Assembly (NCBI GenBank): GCA_002269645.1
Contig: NIVC01000613.1
Location: 1 to 64,000 of the forward strand
Reading direction: 5' to 3'
DNA from: Macrostomum lignano
Lineage: Eukaryota
Length of the DNA: 64,000 bases
Shown here: in pieces, positions 1-16,608 of the stretch
Numbering within the stretch: position 1 is the first letter of the stretch
Layout of the letters: the number at the start of each line of letters is the position of its first letter
Position numbers and translations under genes: made by a program
Notes under the pieces: model-generated
Seen by the model: the letters and a program-made list of their open reading frames with translations, nothing else
Databases searched by the model: none
Told to the model about the DNA's origin: nothing

Positions 1-299
1 GAATTCGACAACCGTCTGGTGCGGCGACTCCGGTAGTGGATGGATAACAGAAAGAAGCATGGCTGAGGAGCAGGGGTAGGCTTGCACAAGATCGGTATTC
101 CGTCTGGTCCACCAGGGTTGCATAGCCAGACTGCGCCGAAGCCGCCGGCAGCAGACGGTTTCGTCGTAGGGGGCCAGCGCCTTGTACAGGTCCAGATGGC
201 GCCGCAGCAGGCGGGAGGCGCTACCTCTGTTGAGCTGCAAAAATAAAGTGTCAAAACTCATTCTAAAAAGTTTAACGCCAGGGATACAAACAGACAGGC

Positions 300-348
<49 letters not shown>

Positions 349-367
349 GTCAGGCAGACAGTAAGGC

Positions 368-416
<49 letters not shown>

Positions 417-435
417 GTCAGGCAGACAGTAAGGC

Positions 436-492
<57 letters not shown>

Positions 493-511
493 GTCAGGCA
501 GACAGTAAGGC

Positions 512-564
<53 letters not shown>

Positions 565-603
565 GTCAGGCAGACAGTAAGGCAGACAGACAGACAGACA
601 GGC

Positions 604-636
<33 letters not shown>

Positions 637-2040
637 GGCAGACAGTAAGGCAGACAGACAGACAGACAGACAGACACATCATTCACACTCAGCGGAGCAA
701 TCGGCCTGGCGCAGCAGGGCGGCTGGAAACTCGGCGCCCAGCGCCTGCAGCACTTCGGCCAGGAGCCTGACAGCTTTGCTACCGTCCGCGCCACCGTCCA
801 GCTGTTCAACGAGAATCCGGCGCAGTTCGGGCCAGCCGTTGGCGACCAACCGACGCCAGAAGTCGAACCGGCGAGGCAACTGCGGGCAGCTGCCGGCAAG
901 AAGAAAGGCGGCATCTTCAATGCTGCCAAGAAGAGCGGAGCTGCAGAACAGCTGGTTGAGGCATGGCGAGTCCAGCAGGCTGCGCGCTTCCGTCTGGGCC
1001 ACCGGCACCGAGTCCGCAAAGGGTGCCTGGTTCATTCCGCGGCTCCGAGCTGCAGCTGCTGCAAGATATGCACTCGGGCTTGTGACTTCGGGAGAGGATC
1101 TAGGGAACGCTGTGGCCCAGCAACTGAGGATCTGGGCTGGCCCAGCAACTGGGGATTTGGGAGGCTGACCCAGTAACTGAGGATCTGGGAGGCTGGCCCA
1201 GCAACTGAGGAGCTGGGAGGCTGACCTAGCAACTGACACTCTGGAGGCTGGCTAGCAACTGAGGATCTGGGAGGCTGGCTAGCAACTGAGGATCTGGGAG
1301 GCTGGCTAGCAACTGACACTCTGGGAGGCTGACCCAGCAACTGACACTCTGGGAGGCTGGCCCAGCAACTGAGGATCTGGGAGGCTGGCTCAGCAACTGA
1401 GGATCTGGGAGGCTGGCTCAGCAACTGAGGAGCTGGGAGGCTGGCTCAGCAACTGAGGAGCTGGGAGGCTGGCTCAGCAACTGAGGATCTGGGAGGCTGG
1501 CCTAGCAACTGAGGAGCTGGGAGGCTGGCTCAGCAACTGAGGAGCTGGGAAGCTGGCTCAGCAACTGAGGAGCTGGGAGGCTGGCTCAGCAACTGAGGAG
1601 CTGGGAGGCTGGCTCAGCAACTGAGGATCTGGGAGGCTGGCCTAGCAACTGAGGAGCTGGGAGGCTGACCTAGCAACTGACACTCTGGGAGGCTGGCTAG
1701 CAACTGACACTCTGGGAGGCTGGCTCAGCAACTGAGGATCTGGGAGGCTGGCCCAGTAACTGAGGATCTGGGAGGCTGGCCCAGCAACTGAGGAGCTGGG
1801 AGGCTGACCTAGCAACTGACACTCTGGGAGGCTGGCTAGCAACTGAGGATCTGGGAGGCTGACCCAGCAACTGACACTCTGGGAGGCTGGCCCAGCAACT
1901 GAGGAGCTGGGAGGCTGACCAGCAAGTGACACTCTGGGAGTCTGGCCCAGCAACTGAGGACCTGGGAGGCTGGCCCAGTAACCGAGGATCTGAGTCGCGT
2001 TAAAGAGCAATTGATGAGACAGAAGATAATGACAGGCCAT
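1..2040 (-). CDS. Unidentified protein, 3'-partial; exons 2040-1983, 1058-689, 226-<1
   Basis: The three GC-rich segments join in frame (phases 1 and 2): MACHYLLSHQLLFNATQILAAAARSRGMNQAPF...LVANGWPELRRILVEQL...LLRRHLDLYKALAPYDETVCC. Acceptors are TTGCAG and CAACAG. The donors (GTTACT, GTGTGA) are weak, so exon 1 is tentative. No family recognised. Confidence 0.55.
289..675. repeat. (GACA)n microsatellite with GTAAGGCA/GTCAGGCA interruptions, intronic
   Basis: Directly visible tetranucleotide array. Confidence 0.95.
1118..1992. repeat. 28-bp minisatellite (GCAACTGAGGATCTGGGAGGCTGGCCCA), intronic
   Basis: About 30 copies with variants. Confidence 0.95.
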
Positions 2041-2271
2041 CCGTACTAACAATTACAAATGTCTGCTTTTTGTCAGTAAGAACTAAGTCAGGAAGTCATA
2101 CAAGATTTTCGGCCATTTCTGCTCGTAAGCGGACTGCATATGCACACGTTAAAATGTGTATTTTGCTCAGAAAATATATAAAGGCTGGCATCCCTGGGTG
2201 CCGCTCTTGCAAATAATAGCTCATAATCCTCAGTAAAACTGATTACAAGTACTTTACTGTGCGACATCTTG

Positions 2272-2360
2272 TGTGAGTCCACTGATTGGGACTTGACCCC
2301 GGCACCTGCGTATCATGGGCTGTAAATGTACCTTTATTAGACTGGGCCGCGTGACACCGA
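2272..2360 (-). other. Possible tRNA-derived (SINE head-like) segment
   Basis: Minus strand reads GGTGTCACGCGGCCCAGTCTAATAAAGG...CAGGTGCCGGGGTCAAGTCCC, with A/B-box-like motifs. It overlaps an AATAAA and forms no clean cloverleaf. Confidence 0.25.
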
Positions 2361-2377
2361 AGGCAGACATGCGCACG

Positions 2378-2404
2378 GACAGACAGAGAGACAGAGAGAC
2401 AGAC

Positions 2405-2445
<41 letters not shown>

Positions 2446-2472
2446 CTAAGACAGACAGACACTAAGACAGGC

Positions 2473-2533
<61 letters not shown>

Positions 2534-2536
2534 CTA

Positions 2537-2573
<37 letters not shown>

Positions 2574-2644
2574 CCCACTAAGACAGACAGGCAGGCAGGC
2601 AGACAGACAGACAGACAGACAGACACTAAGACAGACAGACAGAA

Positions 2645-2681
<37 letters not shown>

Positions 2682-2760
2682 GCCAGACAGACAGGCAGAC
2701 AGACAGACAGACAGACAGACAGACAGGCAGGCAGACAGACAGACAGACAGACAGACACTA

Positions 2761-2805
<45 letters not shown>

Positions 2806-2885
2806 GCCAGACAGACAGGCAGACAGACAGACAGGCAGACAGCCAGGCAGACAGACAGACAGGCAGGCAACACAAACAAGACAGG
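2378..2885. repeat. (GACA)n microsatellite with CACTAA interruptions
   Basis: Directly visible. Confidence 0.95.
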
Positions 2886-3734
2886 AAAAGCATGATGCAG
2901 CATGGAGCTGGCAATGCAAGCAGAAGCAAACAAAATAAAGTACAAATGTCCCGAAACTGACAGCAGCGAGTATGAAATGAAGAGTGCAATTTAGTTGGCA
3001 GTTGGGCGGGGCTAAAACACTGAATTTAATAAGTAGCAGAAAAAAGAATATTCACAAGTGAAAACATACGTGTCAGCATATGCGGATACGCAGTTACGGC
3101 CGGTGCACAGGTGCCAGACATGCCATATCTACAGTACAACAATATATTTCTATGTAATCCGTCATTGAAGACCGATATATATACTTTAGTGAATGTTTAG
3201 AGAAAAGCAAAAATAGCTAGCATAGGCTCGGCAGACTAGTATGAGTAGTATTCGCGGGACACCAAACCAGCTAGCGGTGGAAAGTAAAAATAATCTCAAT
3301 TAGGTGCTCAATACGTATTGCTCAGAGAGCAGCTCAAACGCGACTGTGCTACTCGAGCAGGTAAGTAGTATAAGTTGAGTTACAATGCCTTAATCTTTTA
3401 GGCATTAAAAAATGAAAGAACAAAAAACATATTGATTTCAAATACAGCAAAGGAAAGCAAAACACAGTTCTGAATAAATGTTTAAAGCAAATATGGTTGC
3501 AAGAGGGATTGTTAAACTGCCTCTTGCTAACTCACAGTACTTATTGTGGATATAAACAAATAATTTTCGGATCTTCTGCAATTTAAAGAAGCAAGACGTC
3601 AAGCAGAGCAAAACAGACAGACATCAAACAGACATATTCCGGCCATAGAGATCCGTGTTTTATATATTCATATCTCTAGGATTTCTCCATCATCATTTTT
3701 CTTCTTAATCCCCTGCTGATACAGCCCTATCCCA

Positions 3735-4070
3735 TCTTTTCCGCCTCTACCTCTTCTCTTCCGCCCTCTCCCACCTCTCTTCCGCCCTCTCCCTCCTCTC
3801 TTCCGCCTCTTTTCCGCCCTCTCCCTCCTCTCTTCCGCCTCTTTTCCGCCCTCTCCCTCCTCTCTTCCGCCCGCTCCCTCCTCTCTTCCGCCCTCTTCCG
3901 CCTCTTTTCCGCCCTCTCCCTCCTCTCTTGCACCCTCTTCCTCCTCTCTTCTGCCTTCTCCCTCCTCTCTTCCGCCCTCTTCCGCCTCTTTTCCGCCCTC
4001 TCCCTCCTCTCTTGCGCCCTCTTCCTCCTCTCTTCTGCCTTCTCCCTCCTCTCTTCCGCCCCTCCCTACT
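3735..4070. repeat. CT-rich degenerate minisatellite (CTCTTCCGCCCTCTCCCTCCT-like)
   Basis: Directly visible. It is the source of the R/G/K-rich spurious ORFs. Confidence 0.85.
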
Positions 4071-4264
4071 CACTTCTAGCCGTTCAACAGCTGTCAATCC
4101 ATAGTCCAGCAACTATAATACACTCCCAATCAAAACAGGATACACAGGTAAAACGCAACAATACAAAGAATTCAAATATTAGACATCAAATTAATCAAAT
4201 TGAAATGTTACACAGTTCTGAAAGTCACAGGAAATTGGTCGTGCCGTACCATCTAGGCCTCACT

Positions 4265-8536
<4,272 letters not shown>

Positions 8537-9879
8537 TAGCTCTGTAGGCGAGCTTTAACCTCAACTAGCTAAATTTAGATAATATAGATAATTTATGCTG
8601 CAGAACTCAAGTAGCAATAAGTGGCATGAAGCAAGTTAGTTATTGTCAAGCACTTTTTGCTACTTCAAAAAGGATCAGCATGCATAGTCTTATTAAAAAA
8701 ATGTTCAAATCTAATGACATCATTTTAAGAAATAAACGTCATATTTGGCTAAATATCAGTTAAGAAGGATTTTAGTATTGCAGCATAATTAATAAGGATT
8801 CAATGTGGTCAATTATTCTAAAAGCTATTTTAAAATGATTTTTAAAGATATCTAGAACCTTAAAATTTTATAATATTAAAATTAAAAAATACCTTAAAGA
8901 GTCCAAAAGCTAAAAAATAACTACTACCAATTACTTTGGCAATAATCTAGTAGTCATTATGGCCCCTATTATGGCCAAGGGATTTTTTTAATTCAAAAAA
9001 TGATTGGCATACCAGCATGCTAAAGCTGGTTTGCCTGCAGCAAAGAAAAGTAAGGCTAGACATAGCTTTGTTTGGCAAATGGGCTATATTTGGTTTAGCC
9101 TAACATATTTAAAGAATTATTTGGCATCATTTGACCCTAGGCCACAATAAGGATTTTTAGCTATATGAACAAATATAATATACAGAAATAAAATGGCAGA
9201 ACATATAAATAAGTCTAATAGTATTGCCTATTTTGCTACCATTGGTTAAACAAGTTTGTTAATACCTAGCTAGTACTCTTATCCTACTATTAGTCAAATA
9301 AACTATATTTTTGACTAATATATATGCAATATATTGGTTTGTTTAACTATAGCTTAATATATTTGTTTAACTAAATAAATATAATTTGTTTAAATAGTTT
9401 AAATTTCATATATTAGAAGTATTTCATCTGATGGCACTATTGAAGTTGGCCTAGATAGACATTGAATTCTGGTTGTTTTACTCCCAAACCATTTTGCCCA
9501 TAGTCTGTTTTGTCTATAAACCAGTTTGGCTATAGGAATTTCAGCCAAAATGGTAATTATATAATTTTGAGATATAGCTATATTGTATCTTTATTTACTT
9601 TTTCAATGCTAGTTTATAGTTTTATTGTGTAAAAAATATGATCTGAATTGTTGCTACAACAATTTTTTTATTAGAGGCAAGGGGGTTGTGTGCACCCTGG
9701 CACACTTTAAGTGACATAGGCACATAACTGGCAAGAGGCATTACTGCCCATTCTGCCGACTCCCTTGAGCAGGCATACACGCGTGTGGATACGTACACAG
9801 TCATACGCACAGGCACACACTCACACAGGAGTCATACATGCCCAACACCCGTCCGACCCATCCGAACTGGACAGGTGAA

Positions 9880-12800
9880 ATGGCTGCTGGCCAAGGTAAG
9901 TCGCAATATCGAAAATGCAAAAAACGAAAAAATTGGGAGAAGAAAGAAAGGAGAGGAAGAGAAAAGGAAAAGAAAGGAGGGAGAAGAGAGAGAGGGGGGA
10001 AAGAGGAGAAAGAAAGAGAAAGAAAAGAAAAGAGAAAAAGGCAAGAAAAGTCATATACAAAGTGAAAATTAAGTCGCAATTGGGAGGAACTAAGTCGCAA
10101 TCGGGAGGAACTAAGTTGCAATCGGGAGGAACTAAGTCGCAATCGGAGGAACTAAGTTGCAATCGAGAGGAACTAAGTTGCAATTGAGAGGAACTAAGTT
10201 GCAATCGAGAGGAACTAAGTTGCAATCGAGAGAAACTAAGTTGTCTTGAATCCCATATTCTAAATCGTCTTAAAATCCTCTGTAAAGCCTTTCAAATACC
10301 ATATCTTGTTTTCCCTGTTTGCAAAAACTGACTTCCATTGTCCAGACTCAGACTCTCATGTCTCCTCTCTGTATTCTCGCCGTTACTCTCTTCTCCCTCC
10401 TCCTCTCTACCTCTTTATTTATCTCTTCTCCCTCGTGTTTCGTCTGTACCCTCTCCTGTCTCCTCTCTTCTCTCTTATTTCTCCCCTCTTCTTTCCTCTC
10501 TCATATCTCATCTCTACTCACTTATCTATTGTCTCTCCTATACCCTCTCTCTTCTCTTTTCTCTCTCCTCTCTGCTCTTGTTTATCATATCTCCTATACC
10601 CTCTCCTTTCTTATCTCCCATCTTTCTTGCTTCCTTTCTACCATCTCGATTCTATCTTCTCCCCTTTGTCTCTTCTCTTCTCTAATCTCTACTCTCTTAT
10701 TTTCTCAATCATATCTTTTCTCATCGCATCTTTCATCTGTCCTCTCTGCACTCTTACCTTTACCCTCTTTCTTTCTCCTCACTACTTTCTTCTCTTAACT
10801 CTCTCATTTCTGATCTTTCATCTCTCTCCTCTCTTTTATTCCAGCTGTATGCTCTTATCCCTCCTTTCTTCTCTCATCTCTCCTGTCTCCTCTCTGCTAT
10901 CTCATAACTTCCCTCTCATCTCCTCTCTCCTCTTCTCTTCTCTCTCCCACTTCATTCCTACCTTACTCCCCTTTTCTCTCCCATCTGTCATCTCTAATCT
11001 GTCCTCTCTCATATCTACTCTCTTTTCTATCATCTCTCTTCTATTTGTTCACTTTTCTCTATACTTTCTCTTCTCTGACTCATTTAATGTGTCAAATCCA
11101 TCGAAATCCTCTCCGTAAAAATGAACTCTATCAAAATCTCTTTATGAGACTGAACTTCATCAAAATCCCTTTTGATAAACTACAAATATATTTTTTCTCG
11201 GAGGACTCTCACTTCTTTGGCCATCAGTCTCAGTCTCCGAATCTGAGTCCAAATGAATGGCTGTGTTGTGGTTGGATCCGCGCTTCAGTACCAGCATCAG
11301 TTGATGGTCAAGATTCTATAGCAATAGATTCAGCATGAGCATTGCACCGTCGTAAAAATTCTGTCTCAAGACTTCTAGTTTCTTCTTTATTTCAAAAACA
11401 GCTTCTTTTTCAGCTGACATAACTCAAGAAGAGTAATGTCGTTGCATCTGCACCATGAATTTCAATTTTTTGCATTCTGCATAGATAGATCTTTATTAAA
11501 AGCAACAACCTCTGGATTTTGCACTGCCATTAACAGTCCCTCTTTGTGTGAGCTTGCTGAACATTGGGATGGTGGTGCTTCTAGTTCCCTTGAATGTGCT
11601 GCAGCTGCACCATCACCTGATCCCCCAGGCTGCACTTAAGATTGCTGGTAAATTTTCTTCTAATATCCAATGCGCACCACAACAATCATTAACTTCTCCA
11701 GGAGTTACATGACCAAGTTTCCATCGTGTAAAGAGCAATGGCTTTCGCTCTTCAGCTGCAGAAAGGGGACACTAGTTGATGGAGTAGTCTTCATGGCCAT
11801 TTTCATCCCATTCATGTGCAAGATTCAATACATAGTCAGGTGCAGGTCTATCTTTAAGTGAAGTATATAATGACTCAAGAATCTACACCTATATATATAC
11901 CTGGTATATGAGTGCATGAGTGTATATATATACAAGTTAGTTTGCCAGACACACAGTACAGTATATAGGGAGTATAGCCTACAGGGTACAGGCTACAGTG
12001 CAGTTTAGTACTGCATAAGTGAATAAGTGAATGATAAATCAATCGGGAAAGAGAGTGAAGGTAGGAAAAGAGAAGAGAAATGAGGTACTTCCATTTTTCA
12101 ATAAACACAAGCACGCAACGCATGCTACCCCCCCCTCCCGGTCTTTCAGTGTGGTGGCGCATAGGTAAGTCGCAAATCTGGACAAAACTAAGTCGCAGTA
12201 GATGGGAAAAACTTTGAGGTTGGGCATGTATGACAGGAGTATACAGCAGCCTTAACTTTATTTTATCGTTAGGCATATACACTTCACTGTGCCTTGGGGG
12301 GTTGGCTCTCAAGGCTGTTAATTGCATGAGCAAAGATTCCAATTTAGCCCCAAATTAATGTGACTGCACTTGGAATCGAGCCTGGGTCGCTGGTACACCA
12401 GAGCAGCTGCGCTACCGCTAGGCTATGGCCCCCTTTGCTACAACAATTGTGTTATTGCAATTTTATTACAATTGTGAATTATTAAGAGTTTTTAAAAAGT
12501 CATTCCTTTTGAAAGTGTGACAATTAAAAGCCAATTTAAACAATCAAAGGGTAAGAAAGGGTTTCAATTACAGCAAGTTAAAACAAGAAATACTAAAAGA
12601 ATAAGATTTGTCACCAAAATTGAGAATCAAAGCACATAGTTTAAGACTGTAAAGTTTAGAAATGGTCTATAGCCAAAATGGTCTATGGGCAAAACATTCT
12701 ATAGGCGAAATGGTCTTGGGGCAAAATGTCCATTGCCAAAACTGTTTATAGGCAAAATGACTAGTTACCTAGAAATTTAGGCTTAGCCATTTTGGTTAGA

Positions 12801-15799
12801 GGTAAAATATAGGGGCCTACTTTAGAATTTTAGAATGCTTTTATATTTAGAATAATTACAATTGATTCATAGTTTGAAAGGCAACATGTATACTAAGATC
12901 TCCCAGCATACAACAAAGGTCTTACCATTTTTCAGCATAGGCCTACATTAAGGGGCCTAGGATATATCCAAGCCGTGGCGCAAGTTACGTCACTTGCAGT
13001 TGAGGTGAGAGAGAAGTCGCCTCTCAGTAAGGTGGCAGTTTTGACTGTTGCTGAGTGTATAATATAGATTATTGATGCTCATTATGGAACCAACCGAGCA
13101 ACCAACTAAAACACAAGATGCTACCTACGACCACTGATGAGTAATAACAATTTTACAACTAAATTTTGTGCTATATTCCAGTTGTCTGAATCTGTTTTCA
13201 ATTCTATATAGCTGAAATGAATTCTTTTAATATTTTAATTGTTAATCAATGTCGGTTACTGTTGGGGAAGAAATACTTTTATGTGAATCTTTGTTTGGCT
13301 AGTCAAACATTAGTCAGGCAAAACTGCAGGCTCTTCAGTGGATGTTCATTTTTTCTTTGGAACCTTTGGCAGGACAGATTGAATGCCAAACTCTGGCTGT
13401 CTCTTTCGCCAAGCCGTTTCATTAGCAGCTTTCTTCAGTGCTCGCTTGACCACAGCATGCTTAATCTTCTTTTGCCGAGCTTCAAAACTGGAGGCTTGCA
13501 CAGCCTCACGCTATATTGATGACATTCATGAAACTTAAATTGAGCACAAAATAAAACACCATACTTGAAAAAAGTTGAAAGGATTGGTATCCACAAAAAA
13601 TTGCAAGAAATGAGCAAAATAGATGAAATTATCGCTAAGCAATTAAAAATTGCTGAGCAATAAAAAATCACAATGGTGGCAACACTGCCTGGCATACAAA
13701 TGAGGTCTTGTCATTTTTTCTATTATTAAACCTAACATACATTAATATACAATCTAAACTTTAGCAATTGATAAAAAAATATTTATTGCTTGGCCTATCT
13801 TTCCACTTAGCATTTATTAAATATACCTATTTGAGACATAGAAAACCTATAATATAATTTTTGTGATAAGCATTGATTTTCCTTTTAAGCATAGGGCCTA
13901 GGTCATAAAGTAAAGAACTTTTAGTTATACTTTAGACAATATTATATTAGGCTATACTATAGTATCATCACTTATATTGCCTTATTAATATTTGGCATTG
14001 GCATTGGCATAAATTCAAATGAAAATTAAAGATAGGCCTAGGGCCTAACTATAAAAAATAAAACTGCAATATATTTTACTGGCTGCTAGCTAAATAAACA
14101 TCAGCTAGGTCTATGTCTTAGGCCCTACTTTAAACTATTTTATAAATATAAGTCACTTTTTATGGACTTGTCTTTTAGCCATTTAGCAATATTTTTGTTT
14201 TCTATTATATTAATATATTTAGGCCTTGGTTCTAGGTTCTAGTTGGGTTTCATTATGGGCCTATTTTTATGAGGACTAGGCCCTATAATTGGCTATTGTA
14301 TTAATATTTTTACAAAATTTAGTCTTTAACTTGAAAAAAATAGGCCTAAGCTTATCAAGGACTTTAGTCCTGACATAAAACTTAACAATTAGCTTACTGA
14401 TTTACTACTTAAAAATTAATTTCATACTTAATACAAATTTACAAGTTTTTTCATTGTTTCCCTACAAGGACTACATCTGGACAAATGTGACTTCTGTTTT
14501 TTATAGGCCTAATTCATTCATTTTTGGCATTTTCAATTCCATGCGAAAATTTTGAGATAAAACTTAAACAAATCTAGATTCCAGATTAGACTAAATTTTA
14601 TGTTAATTTGTAATTGTAACCCGAATTAGGATTCGGGTCCTGCATGAAAATCAAGACGGTAGTTTAAAGTTGGTGGTAAGTACTTGGCTTTCGTATTTCT
14701 GTACTGTTATTTATTGATCAATGAAATAATATAGTCATAGGCTACTATTTCATTGTTGTTGGCTATAATATTTCATTGATGTGAAACAACGCACTTCAAG
14801 TGCAACCAACCGACTTTCCCAGAGGTATCAGATGATTTAAACAAATCTCTCCCTCTCTAAGGACGCGATACTCCAGCTGCCAAGAGCTTCAGGTTTGGAA
14901 AGCAATCGACGGTCTACAGATGCTTGATTTCCTGGTCCACAATGACCACAAGTCTACTTTTTTAAAACGGATTAAGCCTAAACTTATCCAGATTTGCTCT
15001 CTTGCTCCTAATTTTAAAGTTTGACGTTTCATTCTTTGTTACTTATAGTAGCGCATTTCTAGCAGAGCCGAATTGCAGATCCAACACGAGAGAGTTAAGT
15101 TTTTCGAAGAGGTTGGTAATTTGTCTTACACTCTACAGTGCAGAATAACTACGTGTAACGAATGTGACGAATGTAACGAATATCACATCTATTGAATAAT
15201 ATACTCTTGAATAATGACTCTTAATTTTATCTCGCATCATTCTTCCATTAATTAATTTTTACACGTTGCCACGACGACAAAGCCATTACTGATGACACAG
15301 AGATATCTACATGTAGATGAGTAAATTTTCCGGAGGCATTTTCCGGATGCCTTCATTTCCGGAGGCATCCGGAGGCATTTTGGCGCGTTGAAGGCCAAAA
15401 GTACAATTCCTCGTATTTAGCAATGTAATATAGTACATGCAGCTCTATACCATATATAGTCTCGCCACTGCAAGAATCCTCTGCACAAGTCCCCTCTGTA
15501 CCTGCATGGCCAATGCGATCAAGTCCCAGCAGTGTCCCTTATCATCGGCTATGACTTCGAGATTGACAGCAAAACGACACTAGTTGGCAGGTAAGTGCTA
15601 AGCCCCCTCTAGTCGGAAGCCCGATTTTGAAAGTTCCGGTTTGGTGAGCCAGAACGCACGGACTGGTGGCAGCGGGTTAGCTAATCTGTGGATTGGCTCA
15701 TCTCTACCTTCGAAATTCTCCCTGCTTGTCTCTCGCTGTCCCTCTCTTAGCTATAGGACCTGGACTGCTCGCCACACGATCAAGCTACCATGGGGCTGA
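9880..15799 (+). CDS. Tentative spliced gene; candidate exons 9880-9895, 14630-14675, 15460-15590, 15751-15799 (intermediate exons missing)
   Basis: Strong GTAAGT donors at 9896, 14676 and 15591. The last three segments join in frame: IRVLHENQDGSLKLV-SRHCKNPLHKSPLYLHGQCDQVPAVSLIIGYDFEIDSKTTLVG-SYRTWTARHTIKLPWG*. No homology recognised. Confidence 0.3.
10068..10245. repeat. 21-bp minisatellite (GGAGGAACTAAGTTGCAATCG)
   Basis: About 8 copies, preceded by a GA-rich tract. Confidence 0.9.
10345..11080. repeat. CT-rich low-complexity tract
   Basis: Strong pyrimidine bias; the L/S/F-rich ORFs here are compositional. Confidence 0.85.
11150..11870 (-). pseudogene. Degenerate coding-like remnant (probably TE-derived)
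   Basis: Protein-like minus-strand stretches broken by stops and frameshifts (SLKDRPAPDYVLNLAHEWDENGHEDYSIN*CPLSAAEERKPLLFTRWKLG...; LDSDSETETDGQRSESPP). Confidence 0.3.
12361..12433 (-). mobile_element. tRNA-derived SINE head or tRNA pseudogene
   Basis: GGGGCCATAGCCTAGCGGTAGCGC...GACCCAGGCTCGATTCC contains A-box and B-box motifs. The anticodon and acceptor stems do not pair. Confidence 0.45.
13346..13510 (-). CDS. Orphan terminal-exon-like ORF (54 aa, basic)
   Basis: Acceptor ATATAG is followed by REAVQASSFEARQKKIKHAVVKRALKKAANETAWRKRQPEFGIQSVLPKVPKKK*. Upstream exons not found. Confidence 0.4.
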   Translation of the reverse strand, partial: REAVQASSFEARQKKIKHAVVKRALKKAANETAWRKRQPEFGIQSVLPKVPKKK

Positions 15800-16128
15800 C
15801 CATCTGACAGGAGTGGGGGGCCAGGACTCTAATTGATTTATTTCTGAGACCTGAGGCCCGAAGGCTTCCCGAAAGGGGCCGAAAAGGCCGAAACCCATCC
15901 AAAGTATCAAACTGTATGCAAAGGATCAAAGGGTCTGTATGCAAACAATGCCAATTTGGTAGTAGGAAAAGTTGAGTAAAATTTGCGCAATGAATTTTGT
16001 GTCAAAGTGCTTTCAGCGATCTAGCCTGGGCGAGATCACCAGTTGAAGAGTTGAAGAGTCACTAAAAACTCCCTCACTTCTAGACACTGGGGAACAAGTG
16101 CCTAGGTATATTTAAGATCAAATAACTC

Positions 16129-16608
16129 TTACTGGAGCCGCTCCTTTAGTAGCTTCTTGACTTTTTGGTTCGGCGTCGGTGTTGACTCTGAAGTGTTGAC
16201 TAGAGAAATTCGCATCAGGGTGTCCATAGTCACCTGGTGCCACCTGTTGAAGGTCCAGAAGCTCCGCCTGTGTGAAGGCCAGTGACCAACAAAGTCAGAG
16301 CTGATGCAGACACATGTGGTCGACGTGCTGATGAAATTTGGGGACTTGGCAAGGCTGCACTGAGGTGCAGTGCTGATTGGCGCACAGGGGTGCATTGAAT
16401 ACACTGGCGCTTATGGGAAAAAATCCGACCTTCTGACAGAATCGTCGAATATCTCGACGGTCCGGAGGGCTGGCGACTTGATTCTTGTTTGAGAAGGTGT
16501 GCAACAAAAAGTCGGCCCGTATTCTTGAATTTTGTGTGCCTGCGTTGCTCCGTTCCGGCGTAGCAAAAAATTGTCTGCAAACCCCCCCCCCTCTTGGTAG
16601 TTCTACTG
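16129..16608 (-). mobile_element. hAT-family transposon remnant (C-terminal dimerisation-domain-like)
   Basis: The degenerate PNFISTSTTCVCISS...RRSFWTFNR...TMDTLMRISL resembles the hAT/ZNF862-type C-terminus. A hAT-like terminus CAGTAGAACTACCAAGAGGGGGGGGG starts at 16608. Confidence 0.4.

Noticed and set aside
15841-15900. Hammerhead ribozyme call
   Set aside because: GGCCGAAAAGGCCGAAAC is present, but no CUGANGA core precedes it. CTGATGA hits at ~13134, ~15289, ~32281 and ~36960 (minus) lack a proper stem II plus GAAA.
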